Assembly: GCF_003918875.1 (NCBI RefSeq)
Contig: NW_025767658.1
Coordinates: forward strand, 124,001-188,000
From: Haliotis rubra
Taxonomy: Eukaryota
DNA: 64,000 bases
Direction: 5' to 3'
The number at the start of each line of letters is the position of its first letter. Position 1 is the first letter of the stretch. Below the pieces are notes generated by a model. It made no database searches. It was not told the DNA's origin and saw only the letters and a program-made list of their open reading frames with translations. Position numbers and translations under genes: made by a program. This document shows positions 47,630 through 60,584 of the stretch, in pieces.

Positions 47630-50509
47630 ATGAAGGTTTTACTTGTGTGCGCTGCTCTCTGTACTGTGGCTTTTTCAGGTACCACATTGTTTTGTACATC
47701 AATATTGTCAATATCTGGTTTCACGGCACAGCTAGATGTTGATACATAACCAAACGTTCAAGTTGTCTTTACATCAAAGCTCTGTTCTTTGGTATTATTT
47801 ATTTAGCTTATGACCAAAGTCTGATATTGACAAGACAAAATGAACATTAGTTCAAATTATATACGTGGATCGGGTTATTATAGGCCCCGTTCCACTAAGC
47901 GATATCAACTCTGCGACAGGGGGCGTTGGGTAGCCAGGTAGTTAAAGCGTGGGTACAATGTGTGAAGCTCATTTCTGGTGTCCCCGTCGTGATATTTCTG
48001 GAATATTGCTAAAAGCGGCTTAAAACACAACTCACTCACTCAATCTCTGCGACAGTCGTGGGTCTATGTTAAAGAGGTGGAGTTACGATCACCTTAGCTT
48101 TACGATCGCTTCGTTTAACGTGCACAAGATGCTTTCACTGATCAAGGATTATAACTTTACTCTCTTAGTGAAGGCACGACTGTTTCTGCATTCTGTACCT
48201 TTCATGCCACTGGTTACAGTACTAGCCTTATTATATGCCATGTGGCATAGTGACCTGGTTGAACCCACAGTCCACCTGTCTGTCAATAATGCCAGCAGCA
48301 AAGCAGCAACCAGAGCTGTTAACGTTTCCTTGAAATATTGGGGTTTAGAACTGGCTGTAACTCAAGCGCATGACATAACGCCATACTGGAATTCTGTCTT
48401 TTATACAAGTGTATCCATTCTTTCTTTCAGCCCTGATTCGAAGTCAGTCGAATGGTCGGTATCAATTAGCTAAATATACATATATAAGTATTAAGTCAGT
48501 ACTATGACAGCATTCACTAACGTGATATATATATGTTGTGTGGCTTTGAGTCAGTATAATACAATGTGAAACAGTGTGTGAGATTGTTGCTGTTATTGAT
48601 TCAGTAATGGACAGTGGGGTGGACGGTGAATGCCTGCAATGTCCAAGATGGAAATGTCAGGATGATTTGCAACCTTAGAGGATCCATGTCTGCATTACAC
48701 TATCCACTTATTCCACATACAACAGCGCATGCAACGTTCCATTTTGTAGGTATTTGTCCACCGGGCGTCTTTGTGGTCAACTGTTTCGTTGACCCTTGCA
48801 TGTTCGCCAAATGTCCATCGAACCCAACAGCAACCTGCAGGTAAGGCCGAAGTTATCTGTCCAAAGAGGCAGGTTGAGCTAGTTTGGTGTAAGTGTGCAG
48901 TGTGTACCTGTACAGGTAGGCAGGTTGAGCTAGCTTGGTGTAAGTGTGCAGTGTGTACCTGTACAGGTAGGCAGGTTGAGCTAGTTTGGTGTAAGTGTGC
49001 AGTGTGTACCTGTACAGGTAGGCCGGTTGAGCTAGTTTGGTGTAAGTGAACTGTGTGTACCTGTACAAGGAGGCAGGTTGAGCTAGTTTGGTGTAAGTGT
49101 GCAGTGTGGCTACCTGTACAAGGACGCAGGTTGAGCTAGTTTGGTGTAAGTGTGCAGTGTGTACCTGTACAAGGAGGCAGGTTGAGCTAGTTTGGTGTAA
49201 GTGTACTGCGTGTACCTGTACAAGGAGGCAGGTTGAGCTAGTTTGGTGTAAGGGTACTGTGTGTACATGTACAGGAGGCAGGTTGTGCGAGTTTGGTGTA
49301 AGTATACTGTGTGTACCTGTACAAGGAGGCAGGTTAAGCTAGTTTGGTGTAAGTGTGCAGTGTGTACTTGTACAAGAGGGCAGGTTGAGCTAGTTTGGTG
49401 TAAGTGTGCAGTGTGTACCTGTACAAGGAGGCAGGTTGAGCTAGTTTGGTGTACGTGTGCAGTGTGTACCTGTACAAGGAGGCAGGTTGAGCTAGTTTGG
49501 TGTAAGGGTACTGTGTGTACATGTACAGGGAGGCAGGTTGTGCGAGTTTGGTGTAAGTGTACTGTGTGTACCTGTACAAGGAGGCAGGTTGTGCGAGTTT
49601 GGTGTAAGTGTGCAGTGTGTACCTCTACAAGGAGGCAGGTTGAGCTAGTTTGGTGTAAGGGTACTGTGTGTACATGTACAGGGAGGCAGGTTGTGCGAGT
49701 TTGGTGTAAGTGTACAGTGTGTACCTGTACAAGGAGGGAGGTTGAGCGAGGGTGGTGTAAATGTGCACTGTGTATCCGTGTACGTCCATACGTTAGAAAA
49801 CTTGGGTTTAACCGTTCAGTATCTAATTTAATACGTAGTGTAACTGTATACGCTTTCATCTTTCCTGCTCAACTCCCAACGTGACACTTGAATACATATA
49901 ATACGGCATAAAATCGTGTACATTCTCAATACTATTGACAATGAGGTTTAATTTAATGTTTAAATTTCTTCCTTTTTGAGATCTTGAAGTTTTAAGAAGT
50001 AACGTACTGAAACACAATGTAATACATAACTGTAAACCTACTGTAAATGAATCTATTTATGTCAAATAATTATTTACTGTTGAAATGTCATACATATGTA
50101 CATAATCAATGTTGTTGTATTGGAGCGGCATTAAGATAAGCCAATCCTTTTCCTTACGCATAATGAATAAAATTTCTTTAGATCAAATCTCTTCCTGTTT
50201 TCAAGTCTTCCAATTCGATAGCTTCCCTTCTATATCTGCTTTTAGCTCCCCAATACGTCACTGACATTGACATCGAATATCAGACACCATCTTACTGGCC
50301 TTTAATGAGTTCATCTTACAAACCCAATACCCGACGTGACCTTGGTTATATACACGGCGTAAAATCACAATCATTCTCGATAATATTGACAATGAGGTTT
50401 CATTTAATGTTTGAATGTCTTTCTGTTTTTAAGGCCTAACTACTGTGGCGGTTGCATTGCCGACTTCTACCTGGGAGGTAAAAAGCTTGATTGCGGCAGT
50501 TCAATCTGA
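47630..50509 (+). CDS. Small secreted cysteine-rich peptide, 71 aa, 3 exons (47630-47678, 48750-48840, 50434-50509)
   Basis: Spliced product MKVLLVCAALCTVAFS-GICPPGVFVVNCFVDPCMFAKCPSNPTATCRPNYCGGCIADFYLGGKKLDCGSSI*. Start context acaacATG, GT-AG introns in phases 1 and 2, signal peptide, 8 Cys in the mature part, AATAAA 21 nt after the stop. Confidence 0.85.
48865..49770. repeat. 54-bp minisatellite in intron 2 of the Cys-rich peptide gene
   Basis: Unit aggcaggttgagctagtttggtgtaagtgtgcagtgtgtacctgtacaagg. Confidence 0.95.
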
Positions 50510-50530
50510 ATGACATATGACAAAATGAAA

Positions 50531-50536
50531 AATAAA
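50531..50536 (+). promoter_or_regulatory. Polyadenylation signal of the Cys-rich peptide gene
   Basis: AATAAA just after the stop at 50509, followed by T-rich sequence. Confidence 0.6.
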
Positions 50537-51334
50537 ATGGTCTCTCAATAACCACATTCTTTTATCGCCTTTGTCCGTGGGGTAGTGTATGGTACGTCTC
50601 CCCCTGAAGCAGACTGACGGCGGAAGACACGAAGATCCGGGCTAGAATTGGTCTTCAGTAACCCATGATCGTCGTAAGAGGCGACTAACGGATCGGGTGG
50701 TCAGGCTCCCTGACTTGGTCGACATATGTCATCGTATCCTATTTACGTAGAAAAATGTTCATGGTATTGATCACTGGTTTGTATGGTGCACACTCGATTA
50801 TTCATATACTGCCCATAATAACAGTTTCATTTCTATGTTCAAATGATAAATGTGTGTAGTTATCGTACGGATATATGCGGAAAGAGAACCATTAATTAGT
50901 TCACAAATACGTTAACACATACAACGGAGAATTGCAAATTTATGTAAAATATGTACGCATTGTATATGGACCCGTGGCCTACATACTGAATAAAATACTT
51001 GACATTAAAGGAAGTGGCCGTCCATAATAACTTATGTTCCTAACTGAACTGTTCTAGGACCATAAACATTTTCGTTGTTGACACAAGAGCACTTAATTCA
51101 TCCCAGTGTCAATATCACACTCGGTAGAGCACAATTGATATCGAATTGTTGGGTCGTAACACTGAAGGGCTGTATTCGACTGCCAACATTTCATGTGCAA
51201 AGATCCTTGTCTGGTATATTCCGCCATGATTCCTGGCACCGCGTTCACGAGGCGGGTTTAGCTTAAACAACGCGTAACATGTATGAAGGCGGGCTCTTTC
51301 ATGACATACTTTCAACTCATCACTTATACTCCCG

Positions 51335-52660
51335 GATTCACTATCCCTTTGTTTATAGTGCAGGCTTCGCTATCAGTTAATTATAGTGCAGGCTTCACTA
51401 TCCCTTTGTTTATACTGCAGGCTTCACTATCCCTTTGTTTATAGTACAGGCTTCTCTATCCCTTTGTTTATAGTACAGGCTTCACTATCCCTTTGTTTAC
51501 AGTGCAGGCTTCGCTATCAGTTGCTTATACTGCAGGCTTCACTATCCCTTTGTTTATACTGCAGGTTTCACTATCCCTTTGTTTATAGTACAGGCTTCAA
51601 TAGCCTTTGTTTATACTGCAGGCTTCACTATCCCGTTGTTTATACTGCAGGCTTCACTATCCCGTTGTTTAAAGTGCAGGCTTTACTATCCCTTTGTTTA
51701 TAGTGCAGGCTTTAATTTATTATTGCTTTATTTATAGTGCAGGCTTCACTATCCCGTTGTTTATAGTGCAGGCTTCACTATCCCTTTGTTTATAGTGCAG
51801 GCTTCACTATACTGCAGGCTTTATTATTCCTTTGTTTATACTGCAGGCTTCACTATCCCGTTGTTTATAGTGCAGTTTCACTATCCCTTTGTTTATAGTG
51901 CAGGCTTTAATTTATTATTCCTTTATTTATAGTACAGGCTTCACTGTTCCTTTGTTTATACTGCAGGCTTTATTATTACTTTGTTTATACTGCAGGCTTT
52001 AATAGCCTCTGTTTATAGTGCAGGCTTCACTATCCCGTTGTTTATACTGCAGGCTTCACTATCCCGTTGTTTAAAGTGCAGGCTTTACTATCCCTTTGTT
52101 TATAGTGCAGGCTTTAATTTATTATTGCTTTATTTATAGTGCAGGCTTCACTATCCCGTTGTTTATAGTGCAGGCTTCACTATCCCTTTGTTTATAGTGC
52201 AGGCTTTAATTTATTATTCCTTTATTTATAGTGCAGGCTTCACTATACTGCAGGCTTTATTATTCCTTTTTTTATAGTGCAGACTTCACTATCCCTTTGT
52301 TTATACTGCATTCTCTATTATTCCTTTATTTATAGTACAGGCTTCATTATCCCTTTGTTTATACTGCAGGCTTCACTATCCCGTTGTTTATACTGCAGGC
52401 TTCACTATCCCTTTGTTTATAGGACAGACTTCACTATCCCTTTGTTTATAGTGCAGGCTTCACTATGCCTGTGTTTATACTGCAGGTTTCAATATCCCTT
52501 GGTTTATACTGCAGGCTTCACTATCCATTTGTTTATAGGACAGACTTCACTATCCCTTTGTTTATACTGCTGGCTTCACCATCCCTTTGTTTATACTACA
52601 GGCTTAACTATCCCTTTTTTATACTACAGGCTTCACTATACCATTTTCATTCTGCAGGCT
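51335..52660. repeat. 29-bp minisatellite
   Basis: Unit gcaggcttcactatccctttgtttatagt. Confidence 0.95.
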
Positions 52661-54296
52661 ATACCTTTGCAGTCCTAATCCCCATTTTATTGTACAACAT
52701 CTCCTCACGCTTGTATATATGCCTCTCTATTCAAATTCTCTTCTTCACTTGCTTGATAACGGTGTTAGAACCTACACCGAAACGTTGCTCTCACTGTCCT
52801 AAAGAAGTTGTTCATCTATATATTGTCATCCTTTCTAGGAGCTCCAACTTCTAACTACCTCTCAAGTAACATCATCTTTCCTTGGAAGATACAGAGAACT
52901 CCCCACATTGATATTGCATGACACGCACCACATGCGAATACGCGAACCCTCTGTTTTATGGTAAAGATAACTTGAAACTTTGGCACAAATTTTCATGGAA
53001 ATAAAAGATAAATACATGACACGTTTTGTAGATAACGACACCTTTTTAATCTTTATCATGACGTTATAATTAATCTACGTGGATTAACTGTGTGTACTGA
53101 ATCAGCATTTACCTAATGAAGGAGCAAGACTTAGCTCTAAAACGTCGTGTAAAGAACAACAACAAGTGGTTAATATATCCATTAAACGTGTCATGTATTT
53201 ATGTTCGTCCAACTTTTAAATGCCATTCAAACACTAAATTGAAAATGTGAAGCCCATTTCTGGTGTCCCCCGCCGTAATATTGCTGGAATATTGCTAGAA
53301 GCGGTGTAAAACCATACTCTCTCACTCGGTGAAGATTGTTAACTTCGGTTAAGACAATAGCTATTTGTTCTATAAAAGATATGTATGCCCTGGTGGAGAA
53401 GACACACTTAATGCCATCAATATCTTTTGATGTGATAATATTACCTTACCTTCTCTACGGCTGTGTAGGCTTGGGATATGAACATATTGCTTAAACAGAA
53501 GATCCCCAATTTAAATATTTAAAAAGGTGATAAGCTACTGCCATAAACTACAATGTAACAATACCCAATGAACCTGTCTAATATTACTACATTAAAATTA
53601 AATTATGACCGACACCTGTCTCAAATCGCTTGGGTAAAATGTATAATATATAGATAGAAGTGTATTAACACGTAATAAACAAAGCCCAAATGTAATGTTG
53701 CATCAAACTACAAACACATTTGTCAATATATATGTTCGTTATCTCGTGTACACTGTAGCATATCACATCTAGCAACGGGTAAACCCTATTTCTTTACAAA
53801 AATATGGCATCCGGGAAATGATAACGTACTATTACAACACCTTCTGAGAGCAAGTTAATAGTTGGGGAGGAATGTAACACGAATCAGCTTAACTTCATTG
53901 TAAATTGGTCGTACATCTGTATATAGTTCAGGTATTTCTTGAAGAACAGGCAAGGATGATACCGTATATACCGCAAGTATTTATTATAGAACAGGACGGG
54001 ATTGTACCGTATATAGCTCAAGTATTTATTGCAGAAGAGGACCGTAAAAGCTTGAAGGTGTTTTTTTACAGAACAGAAAAGGTATATAACGTATTTTCTT
54101 CCAAATATAATATATTAATGATACGGAAACACACGAGGTTAATAACCTCTTAATCATATAATGTCATTCTTAAAATTACTCTGAAAAAGAAGCAACTCGT
54201 ACGTGAATTTATTTGAAGAGAATCGAGCACTCGCGTAGGAATACTTAGCGGTACACCAAGGTGAAGGTCGCTCATGACGGCGGCATATGGTTGTGA

Positions 54297-54668
54297 CTAG
54301 TCGCTAATACAGTGCAAACATAACTCATGCTTAAAATAAGATCTTTCTGTCTTAAAAAGAACAACAAAATCGGGCACTGTTTTCTTAGCTTTGTTTCTAT
54401 TTTCATTGTGGGTAATCACCTCATCAATATCAGTTTCTGATACCTGACGGAAACGATTCGTCGTCTGTATTGTGATCGATAGATCGAAATCCTTGGTTGG
54501 TACCTTTCTTAGACGATTGCCTTTCAGTCGTACCTCATAGCCCGTACCTTCAATTTGAACGGAGTACTCCGTTTCATGTTTTCCAAAGTCAACTACTGCA
54601 GTAACGACTCCAGAACCTCTGTCATCAATTCTTACAGAATCACAAATTTTGAGAATGGGGGCAGCCAT
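54297..54668 (-). mobile_element. Crypton-like (DUF3504 / tyrosine-recombinase transposon) N-terminal remnant
   Basis: aaacATGgct start; RFRQVSETDIDEVITHNENRNKAKKT matches the RF..vsE.di......eN.NT.kkT segment seen upstream of Crypton/DUF3504 domains; truncated afterwards. Confidence 0.55.
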
Positions 54669-57002
54669 GTTTGTTTACAAACAATGAAAACTCGCGACGA
54701 CGTCATCAATGAAATGTTAACGTTGTAGGATTTGCATGGCGTGCATGGAGTTTTGTGAAAGTAGTTCGTGGATAGACATAATTTGCATAGTTATCAGATT
54801 TGGATACCAAGTTTATCAGATTGCTTTATTGCACCGATAACACCCTCCATTAGATGATAAACCTCAAGTATTTATAGCAGAACAGGACCGTATAAGCTCG
54901 GGACACTCCGACCCAAGCGCCCAAAGAGAGACGCCCAGACCCAACGCCACGAAGACAACCCGGTCCAGCCCCAAGAGTCCCAAGGAGGGACACCGCCACC
55001 ACACCCACGAGTCCCAAGGAAGGACACCCCACGCATCCCAAGGAGGAATAGGTCTGCCGACATGCCAACCAGCGATGGCGACCTCCAAAGCATCTAACTC
55101 AACAACAACGTATAAGCTTCATGGTTTTTTTAACAGAACAGAAAAGGTATAAAGTATATACTTCAAGTACCGATTGCAAAACAGTTTTATACAGTATATA
55201 CTTAACATATTTATCGCAAAACAGGTTTATGCCTTATGTACTTCAAATAGTTATTAAAGAACAAGTAAATACTGTACATAACTCAAGTACTGATCGGAGA
55301 AACGTACACGATTGTACCGTATATGCCTCAAGCATTTATTACAGAACAGAATTTGACCGAATATACCTCAAGTAATTATCAGAAGAAAAAAACAGGATTA
55401 TACCGTATATGCTTCAAGCATTTTTTACAGAACAGAAGTTTACCGAATATACCTCAAGAAAAAGAACAGGATTATACCGTATGTACCTGACGTAATTATT
55501 GCAGAACGGGACAGGTTTATACCGTACATACATCAAACAAATATTATACCACATTTACCTCGAGAATTTAATGCAGAACAGAACAGCATTATACCGTATA
55601 TATCTAACGTATTTAGTACACAACAGGATTTTCTTCTCATAATCTCAGTTATTCTGACATAGGTTACAGGATCTACTCCCGTTTTGCCCGCAGTTAATCC
55701 GACCATAATTAACGAATATCGGATTATAATTAATTCCCTAATTAGTCAGTTCATGGCTGGCTGGATATTGCCAGTTTTGAGCATGGTGACCCATAATTAG
55801 TGTTCACCGCTTGCAAAAGTAGTTTAGTCACTGGCCAGTTTTCACAATTTGTAGCTTTTTAGTGTAGGTGATGAACAGTGTTCACCAATAATTGTTAAAG
55901 AACTGTCCTGATCAAACATCATCTATAACAGTACCATGTGCATTTTTATATACTGACATATGGGTAAAGTGTAGAACTGACTTGAGTTTTAATCTCCTAC
56001 TAATCATTTTTCTATCCCCACACAAATCCCCTTTGTTGCATCATAATCATTTAATCAGTTTCTTGACAAAGGTGCCATTAACGTACGGGCAAACTGACAT
56101 TGCCCCTTTACAGGTTCGTTCTATTACGGCTAATCGTAGTGTAAAGCTTCGAATATTATCAAAATCGGCTTTAAATTCAAATTCGGCTAAAGGGATCAAA
56201 TCACAAAAACAACATCTGATTGAAACAGCTGAGTTGGCGGCCATATCCCCGCGTAAGCTTGTGCATGTCCTTATCTCACTGTTGACATTGATTGTGTATG
56301 TTGTATGATCGTTAAGCAGTAAATCCACCCCCGTCATAAATATAACGGGTTTCAGGCCTAGCTTTAGTTGGCTTATCACTGACTGCTGCCGCTTGGCAAT
56401 GGGAGTTATTCTGTAGGCCTGGCATGTACTGCACATAGGTAAGTCGAACACACATTCACAATAGTTGTTATCCGTGAAGATCCGGGTTATAATTGGTCTA
56501 GTGGTGCTTACTATCCTACAAGAATATCGGAGCCGTCGGTTTCAGTCTTGGTCCTTTGGTTTCAGTGTGGATTCCCCTGAAACATGTGTTCACAATTAAG
56601 AATATACCATTCCAATGTGTAAATAGAGAGGTTTCAGCGACCCATAGAGAGGGGAGACTAACGGGTGGTCAGGCTCTCTGACTTGGTTGACACGTGTCAT
56701 CGTGTAACAATTAATCATGATGTTGATCACGGGATTGTCTTGTCCAGACTCGATATATTACAATTATGGAATATTGTTGAGTGCGGCATTAACTAACAAA
56801 GAAACACATTTTGCGAATTGCATCCATACTGTGAGAAACTAGTGCCTTAGGCAGTGAGAAGTTGTGTCCGATTAGCGTGCTTCAATCATATGACCGAGGG
56901 TTCGATTGTCCCGATTCGCAGTTCCAGGTCGGTATCACCTCAATTCAGAAAGACGAAGTCCTTTATTACTTCGGTATTCAAACGCACACCATGTCGACAC
57001 AA

Positions 57003-57213
57003 AGCGATATCACGGGGGACACTGTTCAAGGCAGGGTGCACTATTTACCTCACACCTGGTCGTCTGGACACACAGCGATATCACGGGGGACACTGTTCAA
57101 GGCAGGGTGCACTATTTACCTCACACCTGGTCGTCTGAACACACAGCGATATCACGGGTGACACTGTTCAAGGCAGGGTGCACTATTTACCTCACACCTG
57201 GTCGTCTGGACAA
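57003..57213. repeat. 72-bp tandem repeat x3
   Basis: agcgatatcacgggggacactgttcaaggcagggtgcactatttacctcacacctggtcgtctggacacac. Confidence 0.9.
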
Positions 57214-59069
57214 CTGAGGGGTAAATATCATTATCGTCATCGTTACAATTATTAGTGTTGCTATTATGATTATTATTATTGTTACTTTTACTGTTGTCAT
57301 TATCGTTTACAGATGAAAATACATAACAACAGCGGACCTTTCAACCTATATACAGTGTCCTAGTTCATCATATGCGCTCTCTTAAAATACCCATATAAAC
57401 GTGGACGAAAACAGTGTATTTATCCGTTTTTGTTTAAGAATATTAAAAATCTCACTACCTCGTCCTGCCCTGCAAAGCACAGTGAAGTGTCCGTTCGATA
57501 AACTTATTTGATATTGCGAAATGTTTCATTGCCACAGGTGGGTAATAAATTACCGTTACAGTCGTAAATATCTTGAGACCGATTGATACACACGCGTCTA
57601 GGAAAGTCGAATATAAGGACCCTCTGCGTCCATTGTCTAAACCAGCAGTGTATGTGCCTCATAGGGGTGGTGGAGTAGCCTAGTGGTGAAGCGTCCGGTC
57701 GTCACGCTGAAGACCCGGGTTCGATTCCCGTTATGTGTACAATATAACAAGCCCGTTTCTGGTATCCTGCGCCGTGATACTGCTGGAATATTGCTAAAAG
57801 CGACGTAAAACCGTACTCACCCACTCACTTATATACCTCATCATTGAGTCAATTCTTTGTCCTTTTACCGACAAATTCATTCTATGTTGCTTTTTCCCAA
57901 TAGTTATACAAGGCCAAATAAAGTGTACACCTTGAAAATAGTTTTGTAAAATAATTTCCAAACGATGTCTGAAAACGTACACACGTACGTACAAACAAGA
58001 CCGTCTCCGTAGTGTAGTTGTTAGTGCGTCCGCCAGGAGAGCGGAAGGTCGCGGGTTCGATCCCCGACCGCGTCAAACCAAAAGACGTTAAAATATGGTA
58101 CTTGTTGGTCCCTGGCGCTCGGCATTAATGGGTACAACAAGGACTGGTCAGCTCGGTGTCAGTATAATGTGTCTGAGTGGGGTATTCATGCTTCACTGCG
58201 GCATGGTATCTCAGTGGGCTAGCACTATAAAACCAGCTTCAGTCTGGGCTAGTACAAGCAGCCGCACCTACACATACACACGCATGCACGTCGTCATATG
58301 AGCGAAATATTCTCAAGCACGACGTTAAACCCAATTTCACCTCACCTCACANNNNNNNNNNNNNNNNNNNNNNNNNNNNNNNNNNNNNNNNNNNNNNNNN
58401 NNNNNNNNNNNNNNNNNNNNNNNNNNNNNNNNNNNNNNNNNNNNNNNNNNNNNNNNNNNNNNNNNNNNNNNNNNNNNNNNNNNNNNNNNNNNNNNNNNNN
58501 NNNNNNNNNNNNNNNNNNNNNNNNNNNNNNNNNNGGCACTCATAGCACGCTAAACCAAAACATCGCATGGGTGAACAAAGAAAAAATTTAACAGCGTTCA
58601 GACAAGCACCTTCACCCTGTTAATCGCAGTCATAAAGCCATAAAGTCATAAAGTTGAAGTCAGGGTAACACTTGACTTACTGCAGTGTACAAAACAGGGC
58701 GTACGGTCTACATTTACAACTAGCCAGCCCGATAGTCTGGTTGAAAATTTAGATGACATGTTCCATACGTCTGCGTAAATTCACCATATCTTAAAATCTA
58801 TTTTTCAAAATGAGCGTTACATTTAGACTTGACAATTACTGTTTGAACATTGAACTATCGCATCACAAGCTCAAAGCACTGCGTTGACATATATTATCAC
58901 TAAAACAGCGACACCTGTAGATGCGTGGAGTCGGATTTCCCTGAAAAAGACTGTTGTAAATAGACTGTTAGACAGAAAATACATGCCTCAGGTTCATTAA
59001 AAGAATTCATTGTAGGATGGATTGATTTAAACGACATGTTTTGTTCACTGTAAACAGAAAGTCACTGTG

Positions 59070-59541
59070 TTCTTTAATCTGATTGGTTGAAAAACGTGAT
59101 CAAATGTTATTCGATTCCCGGAAATTCGCTACGTATTAATACATTCAAACATCGCTCACACCATTGTATTGTTACGTCGTCAGCTGTGATGACGTCATTA
59201 AAATCATATTGTGACGTAAAGTCCGAATGACGTCACAAATGAGCAGTTCCAGATGCTTCCATGGGAGACAGCCGAAACGGCCGGCTGATGACATTTCACT
59301 GCTGTCGATGTCAATGAGTGCAGACACAAAAACGTGTGTAGACCTTTTGGTTTACTTTTGTGTTTACAATGTCGATAAACATCACGTGTTGGCCATTTTC
59401 CGTGTGTTATTGAGTATTTGAAGCACGGGAATATTTCATTTGAAACCTCCCGCTGACGAATTCGGTTCCAAATGAATTCCCGTGCTGCAAATACTCAATA
59501 ACACCCGGAAATTTTCCAACACGTGATGTTTATCTCCTAAA
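59070..59541. mobile_element. Non-autonomous element with ~70-bp-arm terminal hairpin (Crypton-like)
   Basis: ctgattggtt near one end; inverted repeat 59374-59534 gataaacatcacgtgttgg...ccaacacgtgatgtttatc. Confidence 0.5.
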
Positions 59542-60089
59542 TTGAGCATGTGCACATAATATATTAACAAAATGGAGTGGATTGGCAAACAAGCCTGTGG
59601 CTTATATCGATGCATTTCCTCGTGGTGCAGAATATACAATGACGGTACACTACATATTACAATATATTAAAACAAATATACACGACAAACATAAAACATA
59701 AATTCTAGAGCATGGAAGATCAATTTTGTATATACGAAAAGATAGTAGATGTTAGAATCACACATTTTCTTAACATGCACTTATTTTGGTGAAATAATAC
59801 CGTAAGGGGCGGATAGGGAAAAGTGTCTTCTTATTCAGTGTTAAAGATTCATCATCGCAACAGGAAAGAATAAAACTTGGAAAGAAACGTGTCAGATGGA
59901 TATATTTTGGATTGTACATTTTTATGATAATTCTTTAATCCATATTTGTAACAAAGTGTGCTTAGAATTAACAAAAACATTTCTGATTTTCATTGTACAT
60001 TTCTGATTAGCTGGACTTTTCTCAGCGTAATGTTGAATTTGACTACTTATACGTATAACGATACATGTATAATATTCCAGTCAGACCTG

Positions 60090-60404
60090 TGTATGGACTG
60101 TGTATGGAAACTAGGAATGCTACCAATAACACCTGGTCAGTGTTTAATGTGTAATGAAGAGTTCGATGACGTAATAAAACAACAACTGATTTATTGTACA
60201 TTATCGCATGCAAGGAACGTACTTTATGTGTATCTAGTTGACAAATTAAACCTGGAACAGTACATGTGTATTGAAGACTGTGCGTATGACAAATCGAGAA
60301 CTGTGACAACACTAAGCGGGATAAACTCTAGTTTAGAGAAGATGAGCCTCGACGTTTGGGCTGATTTCATAGCATGTGCATCACGAGACAGACAGATGTG
60401 TTAG
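60090..60404 (+). mobile_element. Probable degenerate LINE ORF2 C-terminal zinc-knuckle region
   Basis: QCLMCNEEFDDVIKQQLIYC...R resembles CxxC..D..H...C..R with the His lost. Confidence 0.4.
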
Positions 60405-60584
60405 CTGTCAGTGGTTTTTTTTATTCTTACTCATTTTGCATGTCCCATACATATAAAATACATGAACTCTTCTCATTTATTTTCCAGCGAAAACCGTCCA
60501 CAACCATGCCGATATTCATCATTTGACACCCACGCTGATAAATGGAGAAGATTCGAACAAAGAATTGCAGTTCGACAGGCATCG

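Noticed and set aside
48771-49884. Cys-rich repetitive ORFs (WCKCAVCTCT) resembling metallothionein or keratin-associated proteins
   Set aside because: 54-bp intronic satellite open in several frames on both strands, with no proper start or splice context.
39585-50509. Cys-rich peptide as the ligand of the neighbouring receptor GC
   Set aside because: Only adjacency supports it. The peptide lacks the natriuretic 17-residue single-disulfide ring and dibasic precursor layout.
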